Assembly: GCA_965645245.1 (NCBI GenBank)
Contig: OZ287071.1
Coordinates: 1,860,001-1,924,000, forward strand
Direction of reading: 5' to 3'
Length of the DNA: 64,000 bases
Origin: Massalongia carnosa
Taxonomy: Eukaryota
The translations under genes and the position numbers were made by a program. The notes below the pieces were generated by a model. The model was not told the DNA's origin. It searched no databases and saw only the letters and a list, made by a program, of their open reading frames with translations. How positions within the stretch are numbered: position 1 is the first letter of the stretch; every line of letters begins with the position of its first letter. This document shows, piece by piece, positions 1 through 12,681 of the stretch.

Positions 1-158
1 GGTACGAGGGGAGATGGGCTGTCTTTCAAACGCTGACGAGATGCGTCTACGAGTTGAAACGAAGGGATTGTATTTGGTCTGATTGGTGCAGGTAAGCAGG
101 GATGGGACGTCATGAATTCAGCTATTGAAGCTATTCTACTGCCTCCTGCACCAACCCC

Positions 159-1173
159 CTATTTCTTCGTTGGGCATGTCTTCTGGCCATGCCCAGCCGC
201 GCCGCACGATTTACATTTGTGCTGTCGGTAGCACGACGGCCAGGTGCAGGTGCCGCTGTTGTACTTGTCGCAGATTTCCCCCGCTGCCTTCTCGGCCCTA
301 TCGGCCCTGTCTCCTCTCGGGGTCGGTCGCCGGGACGGCGGGGATCGTGAGCGGCGACGGCGTAGGACTGTGAGGGGGGTGCAGAATCGAGCTTGGAATT
401 CGTCGGGCATTTTCCATTGGGATGCGTCGGATGGCTGAGACGCGATGATGTGAGTGTGGGTTTCGATGGCGAGGGGGAGGACTGCTTCCTGCCACTCGTA
501 CACCTTGGCCAGCGTGAGGATTTTTCCGTGGAATGCCGACATGGTGGCGTGAAGCTGTTGACTCGATTTCCCGAAAAGACTGACCATGATCGAGGTGTAG
601 TTGATGAAGCTCTCGGTCCAGACGTCATGAACTGTCTTTCCGAAATCTTTGTAGGTCCCGGATGCCTTTCTCAACCTCAAGGCGCCGTCTTCGATGCCGA
701 TGCGGTCCTAATCCTTGTAGGACTCGTATTGCATGCCGTGCATGTGTCGGAGGCGGGAGAGGTTGATGGCTTTGAATTTATTTGAAAAGATCTTGATGAT
801 CTCGTCCTGTGGTAGGCCCGCGAAACGGGGTGCTATACTTCTTACTTCGAGAGGGATCTCACCTAGGTCCTCGTCGTCATCGCCGACGACACGACTCGGC
901 TTGCCAGCAGGAATGACGGCCGCTATTCGGGCGTCAGATTCTCGGCGCATGCAGTCGATTTCTAGCTGCATTTTTTCCACCTCCTTCTCGGCGACCAATG
1001 CCTTGGACTCGGCAATTCTGGCCTCAGCCTCGGCCGCCTTCGCTTCTGCCTCGGCTTTCTTCTTTTGTAGGGCGAAGATTTTGATTGGACTGGGCCTGCG
1101 TCAATCCGACAATCTCCTGGGAGTCGGGGACTATGTCGTCCATCGGGGTGCTTTGGGAACGGGTGTTCGTCAT
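159..1173 (-). pseudogene. Disrupted gag-like ORF of the DIRS/Ngaro-like element
   Basis: ATG at 1173 (MTNTRSQSTPMDD), frameshift near 1070-1080 and in-frame TAG at 708-710 join ORFs 1024-1215, 708-998 and 159-680 into one coiled-coil + Zn-finger protein. Confidence 0.6.
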
Positions 1174-1187
1174 TGGGAAAAAGCACC

Positions 1188-1319
1188 GACAGCGAGGTAG
1201 GGGCACCGAGGACAACGTGAGGTCGACGACGAGTCAGTGAGATGGGAAAAGCAGCAAGCACTGACAGCGAGGTAGGGGCACCGAGACAACGTGGGGTCGA
1301 CGACGAGTCAGTGAGATGG
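1188..1319. repeat. Two ~57-bp direct repeats (1188-1245, 1263-1319)
   Basis: gacagcgaggtaggggcaccgag(g)acaacgtg(a/g)ggtcgacgacgagtcagtgagatgg occurs twice. Confidence 0.9.
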
Positions 1320-1441
1320 ATGAGGCCGAGTGAGAAGAAGTGGATGAGGAAAGAATTTTCAGAGGGTGATTCTTAATTTACTTTGACTCAGGGGCCTCAC
1401 GTGACATAGAACCATCTCATCTTTTACCCAACTCCCTCATT

Positions 1442-2593
1442 ATGAATAATCAATCATCAATTAATCGTTCTAGTACACCTGATTTTGATGATCATAACTG
1501 TAATCAGGAGTATTCTACGCCCATAAAAGCTAAAGTTCAAGCTGTTGTTGAATTTAATGATGCTCATAAAATTCTCTATTTTAAAGAAGACGTTTTTCGT
1601 CATTTCGGCGTGGAACGAACGAGCGGTTATGCCATGCTTCGGGGCGAATCATCTCGTCGATTTCATCACAACTCGGTCTGGCCAGAGCTTCGAGGTAGAA
1701 AAAAAGCGATTGATTGGGAGACTCTCAAGAGACTGGAGGAAATAATTGAAAATGGAGGTATTCAAGCTCGAGCTATGTCCTGGTATCAACTGGCCAAAGA
1801 AGTAGGCCTCGTGGGCAGTAATCGAGTGCATTGGCACACCATCAGAAATACTATGCAGGACTTGGAATATCACAAATGCATCGCTTGTACGAGGACCTGG
1901 ATTGCTCCTCATCTTCGTGCTTTAAGACGTACTTTTGCACGAGATAAAATCACCACTTGGACATTGGAGGACTGGAAGTTGGTTCGTTTCAGCGATGAAG
2001 TTCATTTCGGGCTTAGTCCTCAACGCCGATTGCGCATTATACGTCGACCGGGTCAAAGATATTGTTTTGACTGCATGCAGGAGGGGAAAGAGCCCGAAGA
2101 AAGAGTACAAAAGCGTTTTCATTGCTGGGCGTGGGTGGGATGGAATTACAAATCAGATCTGATTTTTTACGAGGTTCCTGGAAACACCAATGGAAAGATG
2201 AGTCAAAGAGTCTATATAGACTCCATTTTGGAGCCTATTGTAAAGCCGTGTCTCGAGATGAGTGAACGATTTGTTTTGGAGGAAGATGGTGATTCGGGGC
2301 ATGGTTCAGCCAACAATAACAACATCGTACGGAAATGGAAGGAAGAAAACGGGTTAAAGTACTACTTCAACGCCCCAAAATCTCCCGATTTGTCCATCAT
2401 TGAAAACTGCTGGCAGCCCGTCAAGCAGTGGTTATCAAAATCGGATCATTGGGACGATGAGACCACTTTAGATGCAATTCGTACAGGGTGGAGGGATCAC
2501 GTTCCCCAGGAATGGATCAATTCGTTAGTAGAACAAATGCCACAACGCATGCATGATGTGCTAGATGGAGAGGGTAAAATGACAGGACATTGA
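1442..2593 (+). CDS. Intact Tc1/mariner-family DDE transposase (383 aa)
   Basis: Motifs FSDEVHF, LEEDGDSGH, SPDLSIIENCW; HTH-like N-terminus; uninterrupted ORF; flanked by a 30-bp inverted repeat (1423-1452 / 2627-2656). Confidence 0.9.
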   Translation: MNNQSSINRSSTPDFDDHNCNQEYSTPIKAKVQAVVEFNDAHKILYFKEDVFRHFGVERTSGYAMLRGESSRRFHHNSVWPELRGRKKAIDWETLKRLEEIIENGGIQARAMSWYQLAKEVGLVGSNRVHWHTIRNTMQDLEYHKCIACTRTWIAPHLRALRRTFARDKITTWTLEDWKLVRFSDEVHFGLSPQRRLRIIRRPGQRYCFDCMQEGKEPEERVQKRFHCWAWVGWNYKSDLIFYEVPGNTNGKMSQRVYIDSILEPIVKPCLEMSERFVLEEDGDSGHGSANNNNIVRKWKEENGLKYYFNAPKSPDLSIIENCWQPVKQWLSKSDHWDDETTLDAIRTGWRDHVPQEWINSLVEQMPQRMHDVLDGEGKMTGH

Positions 2594-3078
2594 GCGATTT
2601 TTGTTGCATATAGTCGTGTATAATAGTGATTATTCATGATGAGGGAGTTGGGTAAAGAAGGATTTTTAGGGTGGGTGAAATTTTGGTGTGGGAACCTTTT
2701 TTGGCCCCGCGTGCTAGCTTCCTGCTGCCTCGGCTCATGCGGTTATGTAACTAAGTAGACGGAATGTCCCGCCTGGGCTTACCTATTGATAACTAAGGCC
2801 TTGTGGAGCCGCAAACGGTGTCCGTGATTTTTAACGTTCCACCAATTTTAGTGGGCGCTGTACAGAGAATTTTAGGCATTCAATATTTCGGGGCTAAATT
2901 CTACGTTGGACGTTATAGCTCCTGCATGTACACACCTCGTCCACCTTTACCTCGTTGGGTACTTTTCGGGGTTGGCAACTGCCCACCAAGCAAACCTTTC
3001 CTTGTAGGTGTCGGGGATTCTGTCGATTGACCGGATACCAAAGTTTTCTCTTTTCATGCCCTAACAGTATCTACGAAG

Positions 3079-5763
3079 ATGGGTAGTAAGCTTTATCTAT
3101 TATTGCTTCGCGAATTCACGAAACTGATTATGGAATGTTAGTTCCAGTCTTGGAGGCGTGGTCAAACCGGTTTACAAAGTCCATGCCACTCACCGGCTTG
3201 AAAGGCAGTGTAATAGGTATCGACGCAACCTACTATCTTGATGGCTTTATGGCACCAGCCGAGAAGGAAGCTTTACTTTCTGCGCTGGGTGGCTATCCGC
3301 TTGGACTTGAATCAACAATTGTCAAGCAATTGACAGATCTCCAAACTGCAGGGTTTAACCCGCATTTTGTATTCGATGGTTTGGATTTTGGCATTAAAGA
3401 CGATCCTTTTGGACCATCCATGGCGTCTGCACGCACGAACGCTATTGCATTCGATATATATGCGAAAGATCAGGCTACAGATGTACTCAAAATTTTCAGA
3501 AACTCGGGTCTGTGAGAGATCGTGGAAAAGCAGCTAGAATGCAAAATTTCTGATTTATCATAGGCTCGCCTACTTCGGCAACTCTATCTGAGTTCCTGAA
3601 GAGAGTGCTTCATGAGCATGATATTCCCTTCACGGTTGCGCCATTTAGTGCTTTAGCACAGGTATAACTGATTTGTTCATTACATGACTTTTTCTTCTAA
3701 TGATCGGTAGCTGGTCTATTTTGAACAACACCCCAGCCAATTCATCGACGCTATATACGGACCATCCGAACTATTTCTTTTCGGTGTCGATAAGCTCATC
3801 ACTAACTTCGATCTTTTTTATCAAAGCTATGAAGTTTCCGAGAAGGGCAGCAATAGAAAGATCTCACAGTTCATCCTAGAGAACTCAACGTTCAGGTGGA
3901 TTGACAGACGAACATGTCTTGAGGAACTGGGCAGGATACCGGTTGAAGTATTCATCGATGTTTGCCTTTTAGCTGGCTCAATTATCTTGCGAACCTTTCC
4001 TCCGCTGCTTAACCCGACGCTATTTAGTAAAGGATATTCGCTCCGCGACGTCGTCAGTTTGTTGATGTCATGCGGTCGTAGCGTTGCTCAAGTTTGCGCG
4101 CAATACTCTAGTGATCCGGCTGTGAAGGAGATTGATTACCTGGACAGGTATAAGAAAGCAGTCACCAGCATAAGGCATCATGTTATAGTAACCAAGGATG
4201 GAGACATTGAAACATTAGACAAGGAGAATGCTCCGTCAGATGTGCATGACTGTATCGGGCAACGCCTTCCAGAAGAACTGAACATGTACCTATCACGTGG
4301 GATGCTTCGTTCTCGAGTCCTAAATTGGCTAACTTCTGGCACAATCCTTATAACTGCGCCTTATGATGGGGGTGACAGCGTTGAGTATCAACACCTCGTT
4401 AAAAACCAGCTTGAGCCCCCAAGGAGACAGGCTCTCAGTCTGCTCGCAGACTCCGTGAACCGATATTATCAGCGGAAAGAAATCACCACGCGGCTCTGGT
4501 TTGATCCAACATATGAGGCAAAGGTTAACATCAAAGATCTACTCCCATCCCCGAAGGATTCATTGTCGAAATGGAATGTCAAAGGGGATGTAATTTTGGA
4601 ACATCGCCGAAGACTAGAGGTTCGGCATAGGGCTACAGTACGAGTGAATGTTTTGCTAATTTTATATTCAGGCTACATCAGAAAACTTACTGCCAGGCTC
4701 GTTCTCATTTGCCGTCCGAAGTCTGGCTGATAACACATTCGCCTCAAACACAATAACCCCGAAGTCGAAGGATGAGCACAAGGCATAGGCCCTGAAACCT
4801 ATAGTTTGAGACGTAGCTGACAACGCGTAGCTGCTGAAAACTCGGCATGAGATCACTGCGAACGCTGTTTGGCGATTTCTTCAGCTTCGAGGCTTCGTGG
4901 ACAGTCAACACCAGCTCACAAAATGGGGCAAGGTTTTGGAAGCAACTCTTTCCGCCTCTGGCCCAAACAAGGATCTAGAAGAGGCAGCCTTTCTTGCCAT
5001 TGAGCTTGTAAGGTTAGGTCTTCTGACAGCAGACACAATGTTTCAAGGGTATTCTGGCGCTCCAATGCGAGGTTCGGGTAATAATTCCATTCTCTGCATA
5101 CAGTTTTCGAAGAAACTTAAACGAGTATAGCTGTTGACAGGCGCAACTGTATGCTCATTTCTCGAACCGCTTGCCTTGGAAAACTTCGCCACCAGGCTCG
5201 AGGTTATAGCGGTCCTTTGAGTCGTCACCTCCTATCTTACCATTCAATTATCTCATCATTACACGCAACCCTACGTGATCTGATGGAGATGAGCCTTGCT
5301 ACAATGTTCCTGGAAGGGCATGTTGATAGGGAACGTAGTGATTGGATGGATTTATCTCTTGGGTATGTGACAGCTTTGTCTAAAATGCCTTTCGTCCTGA
5401 AGCAGGGTTCTAATCTCTTTAGGCTACCCCTATATGAGGAGCATTCCTGCGCTTTGGGCGTTGGCGTGATGACCTACCTCGATGAATTATCTACGCGTGA
5501 AGAGCCAACATCAGAAATCACGAGAGAAGAGATGAAGATTAAGGGTCAAAGCTGGGTCCAATATTCCGATTTTCGTGGAAGTCTGGATGATGCGTTCAGA
5601 CTTTGGGATTCAGTGAGTTGACTTTCATGATGCTGAAGGCTGATTAGTATACGGTCAGTTAACGAGTGAACAGGTTTACAAAGGTATCCAAGTTGCCGGT
5701 AAAGATGTTAAAAATGGAGAGATGTGGAATGAGGTAAATAGTTGGCTCTCGGAGAGAAGGTGA
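3079..5763 (+). CDS. MKT1: MKT1-like XPG/PIN-domain protein, multi-exon
   Basis: ATG GGT A|gtaagc first exon. Motifs IGIDATYYL, FVFDG, HDCIGQRLPEELNMYLSRG, WRFLQLRGFV, GYSGPLSRHLL; ends WLSERR* at 5761-5763. Short fungal introns with ctaa/ctga branch sites. Confidence 0.88.
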
Positions 5764-6612
5764 ACTGTAATATTGCACAGCGAAATGCAACGATCTTTAG
5801 GGTTCCTGATATCTTTCAACTCTGTGTAGTAATACATAACGATAAATTAAATGCATCAAGTACAACGGTTGATATATTTCCTTATTTTCATCAACATCTT
5901 GCAATTCATCTTTTTTCTATTCGTTACATTTTAACTAGTTTTTCCAACAGATCGCTACACCTCCCTTCGAGAGTCCCAAAGTTATAAATTTCGTTCAATC
6001 TTTCGATTCTTTAGTCTCGGCGCTGGACAAAAACCTTTCATTCACATTTTCGTTCTCTGCTCCTCATTCTTCAATCTTATCTTGTCAGAAAACCGAGTTG
6101 CCCGAGGGGGGGGGGAAGTTGGGAAAGATATTAGAGACGAGAAGCTAAAGGAGGAGTTGAGGAAGAACTATCTCGGGAGGCTTTGGTAGAGGGAAAGGGA
6201 GGCCATCGGGACACATACTCTCGACGTTTCAGCTGATCTAAACCATGACTAGTGAATGTCTGAATATATTTTAGAAATAATGATCGATCATCTCAAAATA
6301 CACGTCACAAAACGTCGATTCTACGCTGTAGATTTAGTAAAAAATACTCGCTTTCAAGGATGGTACATACATCTCGGTCGAAAAGGGGGTGTAACAGTAG
6401 CAAGATCTTTCCTCAAACTTAAATTTGTTACTAATTCCTGATTGAATTGCAGACAAGAATTTATCGAAACGATTTTGATTTGTCCCATAGAGTACATACA
6501 GAGCACTTAATGATAGGCCCCGATTGCCACATTTTGATATTAACAAGCAAAAACCATTACTGTGCACGTGCACCCCGTAGTTACTTCCGAACAGAATGCG
6601 AAAAGACGAATA

Positions 6613-6981
6613 ATGTCAGCTTCTCTTGAAGATCGCATATCCGAAGATGGTCACCTGCAACCAGCCATAGTAAGTGCATCACCTATCTCGAAGTCAAACC
6701 CCCCTCCTAATATAATATTCTGACATATCCTAGCAAACTAGCGACTCGCAAAACAACGAGGTCATCAGGGCCGTGGACGAGCTGCTTGACCTGGTTAACG
6801 TGAAATTCTCCAAAATCTCGACTGAAGTCTTTGCGAAAAGTAAGCATAAGACATTTCAAAATTCTATGGAGCACGTGTGGTCTAATTATCTACCGACCAA
6901 ACAGTGGATGAGATGGCTCAGCGGTTGGACGAGCTCGAAGCCTCGATTAAGGCTGGCGTTGATGCCACAGACGCAAGTTGA
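6613..6981 (+). CDS. HSBP1: Heat shock factor-binding protein 1-like small coiled-coil protein (3 exons, ~79 aa)
   Basis: Splicing gtaagt..tag and gtaagc..cag introns gives MSASLEDR...AVDELLDLVNVKFSKISTEVFAKMDEMAQRLDELEASIKAGVDATDAS*. Confidence 0.85.
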
Positions 6982-7708
6982 GAATTGTACACGGGATTGG
7001 TATCTTTATGGGAAGCTTGAGAAGGAAAATTTGGTAGCTGAAGAAAACCTTTTCGAAAGCGAACACCCCGGTTCTCCATAGCGACAAACAAGCAATTCAT
7101 TGTAACGTTGATGACCCCTCAACGCGGCGGATAACGCTGAACTGTGTGTGCCATGGTTTTTCAATTGTTGTCCTGTTGCTGCATGGACAACTGGGGCCGT
7201 TAGGGGGGGGAGTGAGTCTGATGGATTAGTTTGTTACATTTATAAGCCCATTGGATTTATTAAATAGCATTCAGAATTACCAAGCAAACCCCATACGCTC
7301 CCACACTCGCAAGATCCGGATTTCTAGCTTTTACAGCCTTTCAGCTTTGCTTACCTTAATACTCTTTGTTAGTCCTTCCATTATCTCGTCAGACCCGATA
7401 TCTTACCTATCTATTCATTTATCCTCTTTTTTAAGACTTAAGTTTAGGGCATGCCTACGAAACGAAAGCGATGAGACAAAATAATAGCTGGATAAGTTGG
7501 AGGACTTAAGTAAGCTGGGAGGTAGGATGGCTCGAACAGGATCACATTGTAAGATTGTGAAGGGTGGCAAGGGTGGCAAGGGTAGGAAGCGTTGATAATG
7601 AAAGCTTCGAAGGTCTCATGCATAAAGGATTCCAGAGTTTAGGGGCACATAGTATAGTATCCAATTTAAAAAAGTAGATGACGCATTCGATTCTTTTAAT
7701 ACCCAAGC

Positions 7709-8858
7709 CTATAGCTCCTCCTTGACGATCCCCGATTTTGAGAACTTGCGCAGGATGTTGGATCGAGAAACCAGATCATCTAGCTTTGCTGGAGCGAGTC
7801 CACCCTTCTTAATCAAGCCCTCTATTCTAGCCAGTTCTTTTCCAGGATAAATCGGGCTGATGCTAAGCTTACCAAATACTTTAACATAATATCCTGCGTA
7901 CTTATCGTGAAGCCCCCTAGCTGCCGTTATGACTTCCTCGGATATCGTACTTAAGCTCCCACCACCAATGAATTGGCTCACAAGCGCATCCAATGATGCA
8001 ATTGTACCCGCATTCGCATTCAATCCTCCGCCCACAACACGTTGAGTGCTAGTTTTCTGGTTCAAAAAGTCAATGAAATCTTGCTCGGACCGCCCACCTT
8101 CGTAATCCTCAGCGATGGCGGATCCCTTGGGGAAGTACTTGATAGTCGGATACGACGTCACGCCCTGTTTTTCGGCAGTGGATTTGGCATTATCGGCTGT
8201 AGCGTCGACTTTGGCAATCAAGACCGTTGGCTCGGCCACAAAGTCATTGGCTAGCGTCTCCCAAACTGGGGCCAGGCTTTTACAGTCTAGTTCTTGTTAG
8301 CTTCTGAATTTCAAATCGAATAGGCTGCCTGGAATACGCACGTCCGCACCAAGATGCTGTGAAGGCCACGAATACATCCTTGTCGCCACCTATTTGCTTT
8401 TTGAACGTTTGATCTGTGAGCGTCTCAACCGCACTTGGAGCGGCCTTTCTTGCTTTGACTTTGATACCAGTTTTCTCGACAATAAAGGCAGATAGACTCT
8501 CCAAGTCTCGACCGCCGGTGTAGTCCGTGGGCATATCACTCTTCCCATCAAACCACTTCAAAGTCGGAAAGCCCTGGACACCAAAGCGACGACCCAGCTC
8601 TTTATGCTCGTCTGCGTCTACCTTGGCGATAGTGACCTTGTCGTTGGCGAAGGCAAAGCTCTCTGCAAGATCCTCCCAGACCGGTGCTAGATTCTTGCAA
8701 TGACCGCACCATGGTGCAAAGAATTCTACAATTGCGGGCTTGCCCGAATGTAGTACAACTTTGTCAAAATTACTGGGTATCAGATCAAGGACGGCCGAAG
8801 CTGCGCGGGTCCCTAGTACAAGAACACCCGAAGAAATAATGTAGCTGAGTAGAACCAT
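7709..8858 (-). CDS. tigA: Protein disulfide isomerase, TigA/ERp38 family
   Basis: Signal peptide, two WCGHCK thioredoxin motifs (second split by intron 8287-8341), ERp29-like C-terminal helical domain, KEEL ER-retention end. Confidence 0.93.
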
Positions 8859-9097
8859 TTCCGAATGGTGGGTAAGAAGGCTCCAAGCAACTGTATTGTG
8901 CACTTGCAATAATCGAGGTTAAACAGATCTTTAAATACTAACGAAATCCATGAAAAAGCCACGTTAACAAATTTTGGGTATTTGTTAAGTTGACTAGTTA
9001 ACGTATCTTGTCACTTTATCACCGGATGAACACACCCACACACCCACACACCCACACACCCACCAAAATTACCCCACAATAATCCAATTGGTCTAAA

Positions 9098-11018
9098 ATG
9101 GTCAACGAAGCAGCTATTCAGGAAGCGATTATTGATTTACAATCCCAGAAAGCTCCTAATTTTGCTGCTACTGCTAAAAAGCATAGCGTACCTCGTTTGA
9201 CCTTAATGCGTCGCTTCAAAGGCGGAACCGTCTCGAGCGCTGAAGCTCACTCTAGACATCATAAGCTACTGACCAATGCTCAAGAATCGATTGAGCATAT
9301 TCGAAAGCTTTCGGACCGGGGTATTCATCCCACTCCTCAAATACTCGAAAATCTAGTTGTGGAGTTCGTGTGAAAGCACATCGGGAAGTGCTGGGTCTAT
9401 GGATTTCTAGAGCGCTACGAAAATGAGCTTACAAGCGTATATCTACGCAATATCGACCAATCTAGGCATATTGCGGATAATTGTAAGCATTTTGAACATT
9501 ACTTTGCAGTCGTACTAACCAATTTCCCCTCATTTCCCTATAACCTATGCTTATGCCGCTGAACTGACCCTAGACCCCCTAGCTCCAGGAGAAGATCGAA
9601 AAATACCACATCAAGCCCTCGAACATATACAACTTCGATGAAAAAGGCTTCCTAATGGGTATATGTCGTACTATGAAGCGTATCGTACCGATTGATCACC
9701 TTCGAAGCAAAAAGACGCTCGGTTCGAGTCAGGACGGATCTCGCGAGTTCATCTCCCTTTTGGCTACGATTTGCGCGACGGTAGCGCTCCAACACCAGCT
9801 TTGATCTATCAGGGGGATTCGTACGATCTACAAGATACCTGGCTCGAAGATTATGACTGCCCATCAGATGAAGCTTACTTTGCTGTATCCAAAAAACGCT
9901 GGACCAATAAAGAACTGCGGCTTTCCTGGCTTTCCTGGCTTTTCGAACCGATTACGCGCAAAAAGGCAGGCAACGCTAGGCGCGTATTGATTATGGATGG
10001 CCATTCGAGCCATGTAAACATGAAGTTTATCGAGTTATGCGATAATCATAGGATTATTCCAGTTATTTGGCCCCGCATTCTACACATCGGTTACAGCCCC
10101 TGGATGTTGGAATCTTCTCACCGCTCTCTACCGCCTATTCGAACCAAAATGACCATTTGATCCAGTCGAGCCAGGGCTTCTCTCGAGTTACTAAGCGTAG
10201 CTTTTGGTCTATGTTCCGTGCGGCATGGAAAACAGCCCTAAGCTTCGAAAATATACGCTCAGCTTTCGCTGCCACTGCGGTTTACCCACTATGCCCCGAA
10301 AAGGTTATAAACCAGCTCAAAAGCCTCCAATACAAAGCGATAGCGAATCTAAGAAAAAGACTCCGGGCTCCGTACGAGGTATACGAAGAGCAGTCAAAGC
10401 GATTCGATCCGAAACGACTGACATACCTGCAGGACTGGATTTGATGATTCGAGCAAGCGAGAAACTAGCAATTAAAAATGATATACTGGAATACGAGATT
10501 ATTGGGCTTCGTACAGCACTAGTAGATGAAAAAAAAAAAAAAAAAAACGCCGGAGAAGGGGGAAACCGATGGGTCTATTTGTCAAAAATGAGCCCGGGCA
10601 GGCTATGTTCTTTTCTCTGGCTAAAATTGCTGCGGTTCGGACCCGTCAAGAGGAGCTCGAGGCTCAGAAAGAACAGGAGAAGCTTGAAAAAGAAGTAGAG
10701 CGTCAAGAGCGTCAAAATCGGGCTGCTGAGAGGGAGCGCAAAGCTCAGGAAGCTCAGGAATGGCGCGAAACTAGGCAGAAGACCCGGGCTGAAAAGCTGG
10801 AGCAGAAGCAGCACGAAAAAGAAGCTCGTACGAAGCAGAAGGAGCTTAACAAGCAACTTAGGCTTGAAGAGCAGTCAGAAAAGGATCAAAAGAAGCAAGC
10901 TACTATAGCTAGAAAGCGAAAACTGGAGGATCCACCTCCTATAGAGCCAAAACTGCCCGAAACGAGAGTAGCTCGTAGCGGGCGCACTGTAGTGATTCCT
11001 TCTAAGTTTAAGGAGTAG
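9098..11018 (+). pseudogene. pogo/Fot1 DDE_1 transposase, frameshifted
   Basis: HTH N-terminus, NIYNFDEKGF, LIMDGHSSH, PHSTHRLQPLDVGIF and coiled-coil tail spread over several frames; probable intron ~9512-9581. Confidence 0.85.
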
Positions 11019-11041
11019 GAAATAGCTGTATCGTGTTCGTA

Positions 11042-12379
11042 CTAGGTTCGGGTGAAAAGTATTGACGGATTAAGCGAGAAATTCAAAATCGATCTTTCAA
11101 TCACCTCCACAATCAAAAATACTAAACCTTCAATTCAACACGATGATTTCTACAATTGATGTCGAAGTCAGATGTATGTATGAAGTAGTTGATCTGAAAA
11201 TTTGAAGCATGTTTTACACTCAATATTTGGTGGAAAAACCATGATTTTTAATCACAGCCCGACAATGATCTCGCATCGTGTTGATCCATTTCAGATGCTT
11301 ATTTTCCTCCACCAACCCGTTCCATTCGTTCGTTCCTGCTATGAATATGTCTTTTGCATTCGTGACTAAACGAGAATATCGTTTGATCTTCTGCTTGCAG
11401 CCCCTCTACATGTACTCGATGGGATTGAGATCAGGACTCGAAGGGGGCCAGGTCATGACCTCTATCTGATGTTGTCGTAGCCACAAACGAGCCTCTTTGG
11501 AATCGTGAATGCTCGCATTATCTTGCATAAAGATAGGACGGTGGCCTTGTGCTTTGAGAGCTTCATACCAAGGAAAAAGGCATGGTTCCAAGATCTGGTT
11601 GATATAATCAGTGGTAGTGATCGAGTCCTTCAAGAGGTCTTTGTTTTTTCCCCTCTTCATCTTCTTCAAAGTCTTCTTAAACTCCACTAATTCGCTGGCC
11701 TGCTGTCCACATATGCCTCCCCAAACCATGACTGACTGTCGACCCGAGTACTTAAAGCTATTCAGACAAATAGGACAGTACTTTTCCCCTGACCTTCGGG
11801 TAACGAACTGACGAGCTCTCTGTCCTATTTCAAACGTGCTCTCATCGGTAAAAATAATACGCAACGAGTCTTCTTCTTGCCAAGACAGATGATCTCGTGC
11901 CCATTTGAGACGTATGCGACGATTGATCCAGGAAACCAGGGGCTTGGGACAGGCCACACAGCCTGCTTTTCGAAGCGCCTTTCGAATAGTCGACATTGAA
12001 GCTTGAATTCCAAGATCTTTGGCTATCTTCATGTAGGATGCTTGTCTACCATATTTAGAACTCGTCACTGCACGCACAAGATGTCGCACGTCTCTAGGGT
12101 TGAGTTTGACCGGTCGTCCCGAGCGAGGATGTGCATCGTGCCGAGGCTCTCCAGATTTGATCCATCTTCGCACAGTTGGTGTGGGTACACTAGTTGCTCT
12201 AAATATTTGAGTAGCGCATATGACTGTCATGATATAGATCTAGTACTCGCTGACGCGTGGGAGTTTCCCATTCAGAATTGGGCTGATGGGAGGGGTGATT
12301 TATGATGATGATGTGGAGAAGATAAGGGGAAAAATGCAAAATAAGCGAGAATCCGTCAATACTTTTCGCGCTAACCTCG
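11042..12379 (-). mobile_element. Tc1-like DD34E transposon nested in the pogo element
   Basis: Imperfect ~30-bp TIRs (ctaggttcgggtgaaaagtattgacggatt / aatccgtcaatacttttcgcgctaacctcg); TA TSDs at 11040-41 and 12380-81; ORF 11406-12230 with FTDES, QDNASIH, SPDLNPIE (34-aa spacing) and a premature TAG. Confidence 0.9.
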
Positions 12380-12681
12380 TACAATGTTATTTACACTTTC
12401 ATATGATTTTTATAGCTTTATGTTTATTGTTCATCGAGATATTCTAGTTTTAGGTCGTAATTAATATTTCTGGAGGGGTGTTCATCCGGTGATAAAATAC
12501 GTTATTTAATACACGTAAATAAAAAGATATATCCGTGCCCCACACTTTTGCTCGGTCGGCCTCGCTTAATGCTAGTCAGTCATACTATCAATACCTTCAA
12601 ATTTCTATCTATCATCTTTTAAAATTCATAATTTATTATTATCATGTCTGAATCTTATACTATAATTGAGTATCGTATTTC

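Larger units (their letters stand above)
1..1375 (-). mobile_element. 5' part of a probable tyrosine-recombinase (DIRS/Ngaro-like) retrotransposon, continuing left of the window
   Basis: Gag-like ORF ends in the Cys/His array CDKYNSGTCTWPSCYRQHKCKSCGAAGHGQKTC. A second ORF starts at ~113 (MTSHP...KDSPSPLVP) and runs off the window. Leader has a ~57-bp direct repeat. RT and recombinase are not visible, and the 5' boundary is approximate. Confidence 0.6.
9001..12502 (+). mobile_element. pogo/Fot1-type DNA transposon, degenerate, with a Tc1 element nested near its 3' end
   Basis: TIRs ACGTAT(cttgtcac)TTTATCACCGGATGAACAC at 9001 and the inverse ending at 12502, each flanked by TA (8999-9000, 12503-12504). 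Confidence 0.88.

Noticed and set aside
7251..7620. ORF 7251-7484 or a possible MITE
   Set aside because: No domain, TIR pair or TSD that I can support.
9001..12502. Novel composite transposon with two convergent transposases
   Set aside because: The Tc1 gene has its own TIRs and TA TSDs, so this is simple nesting.
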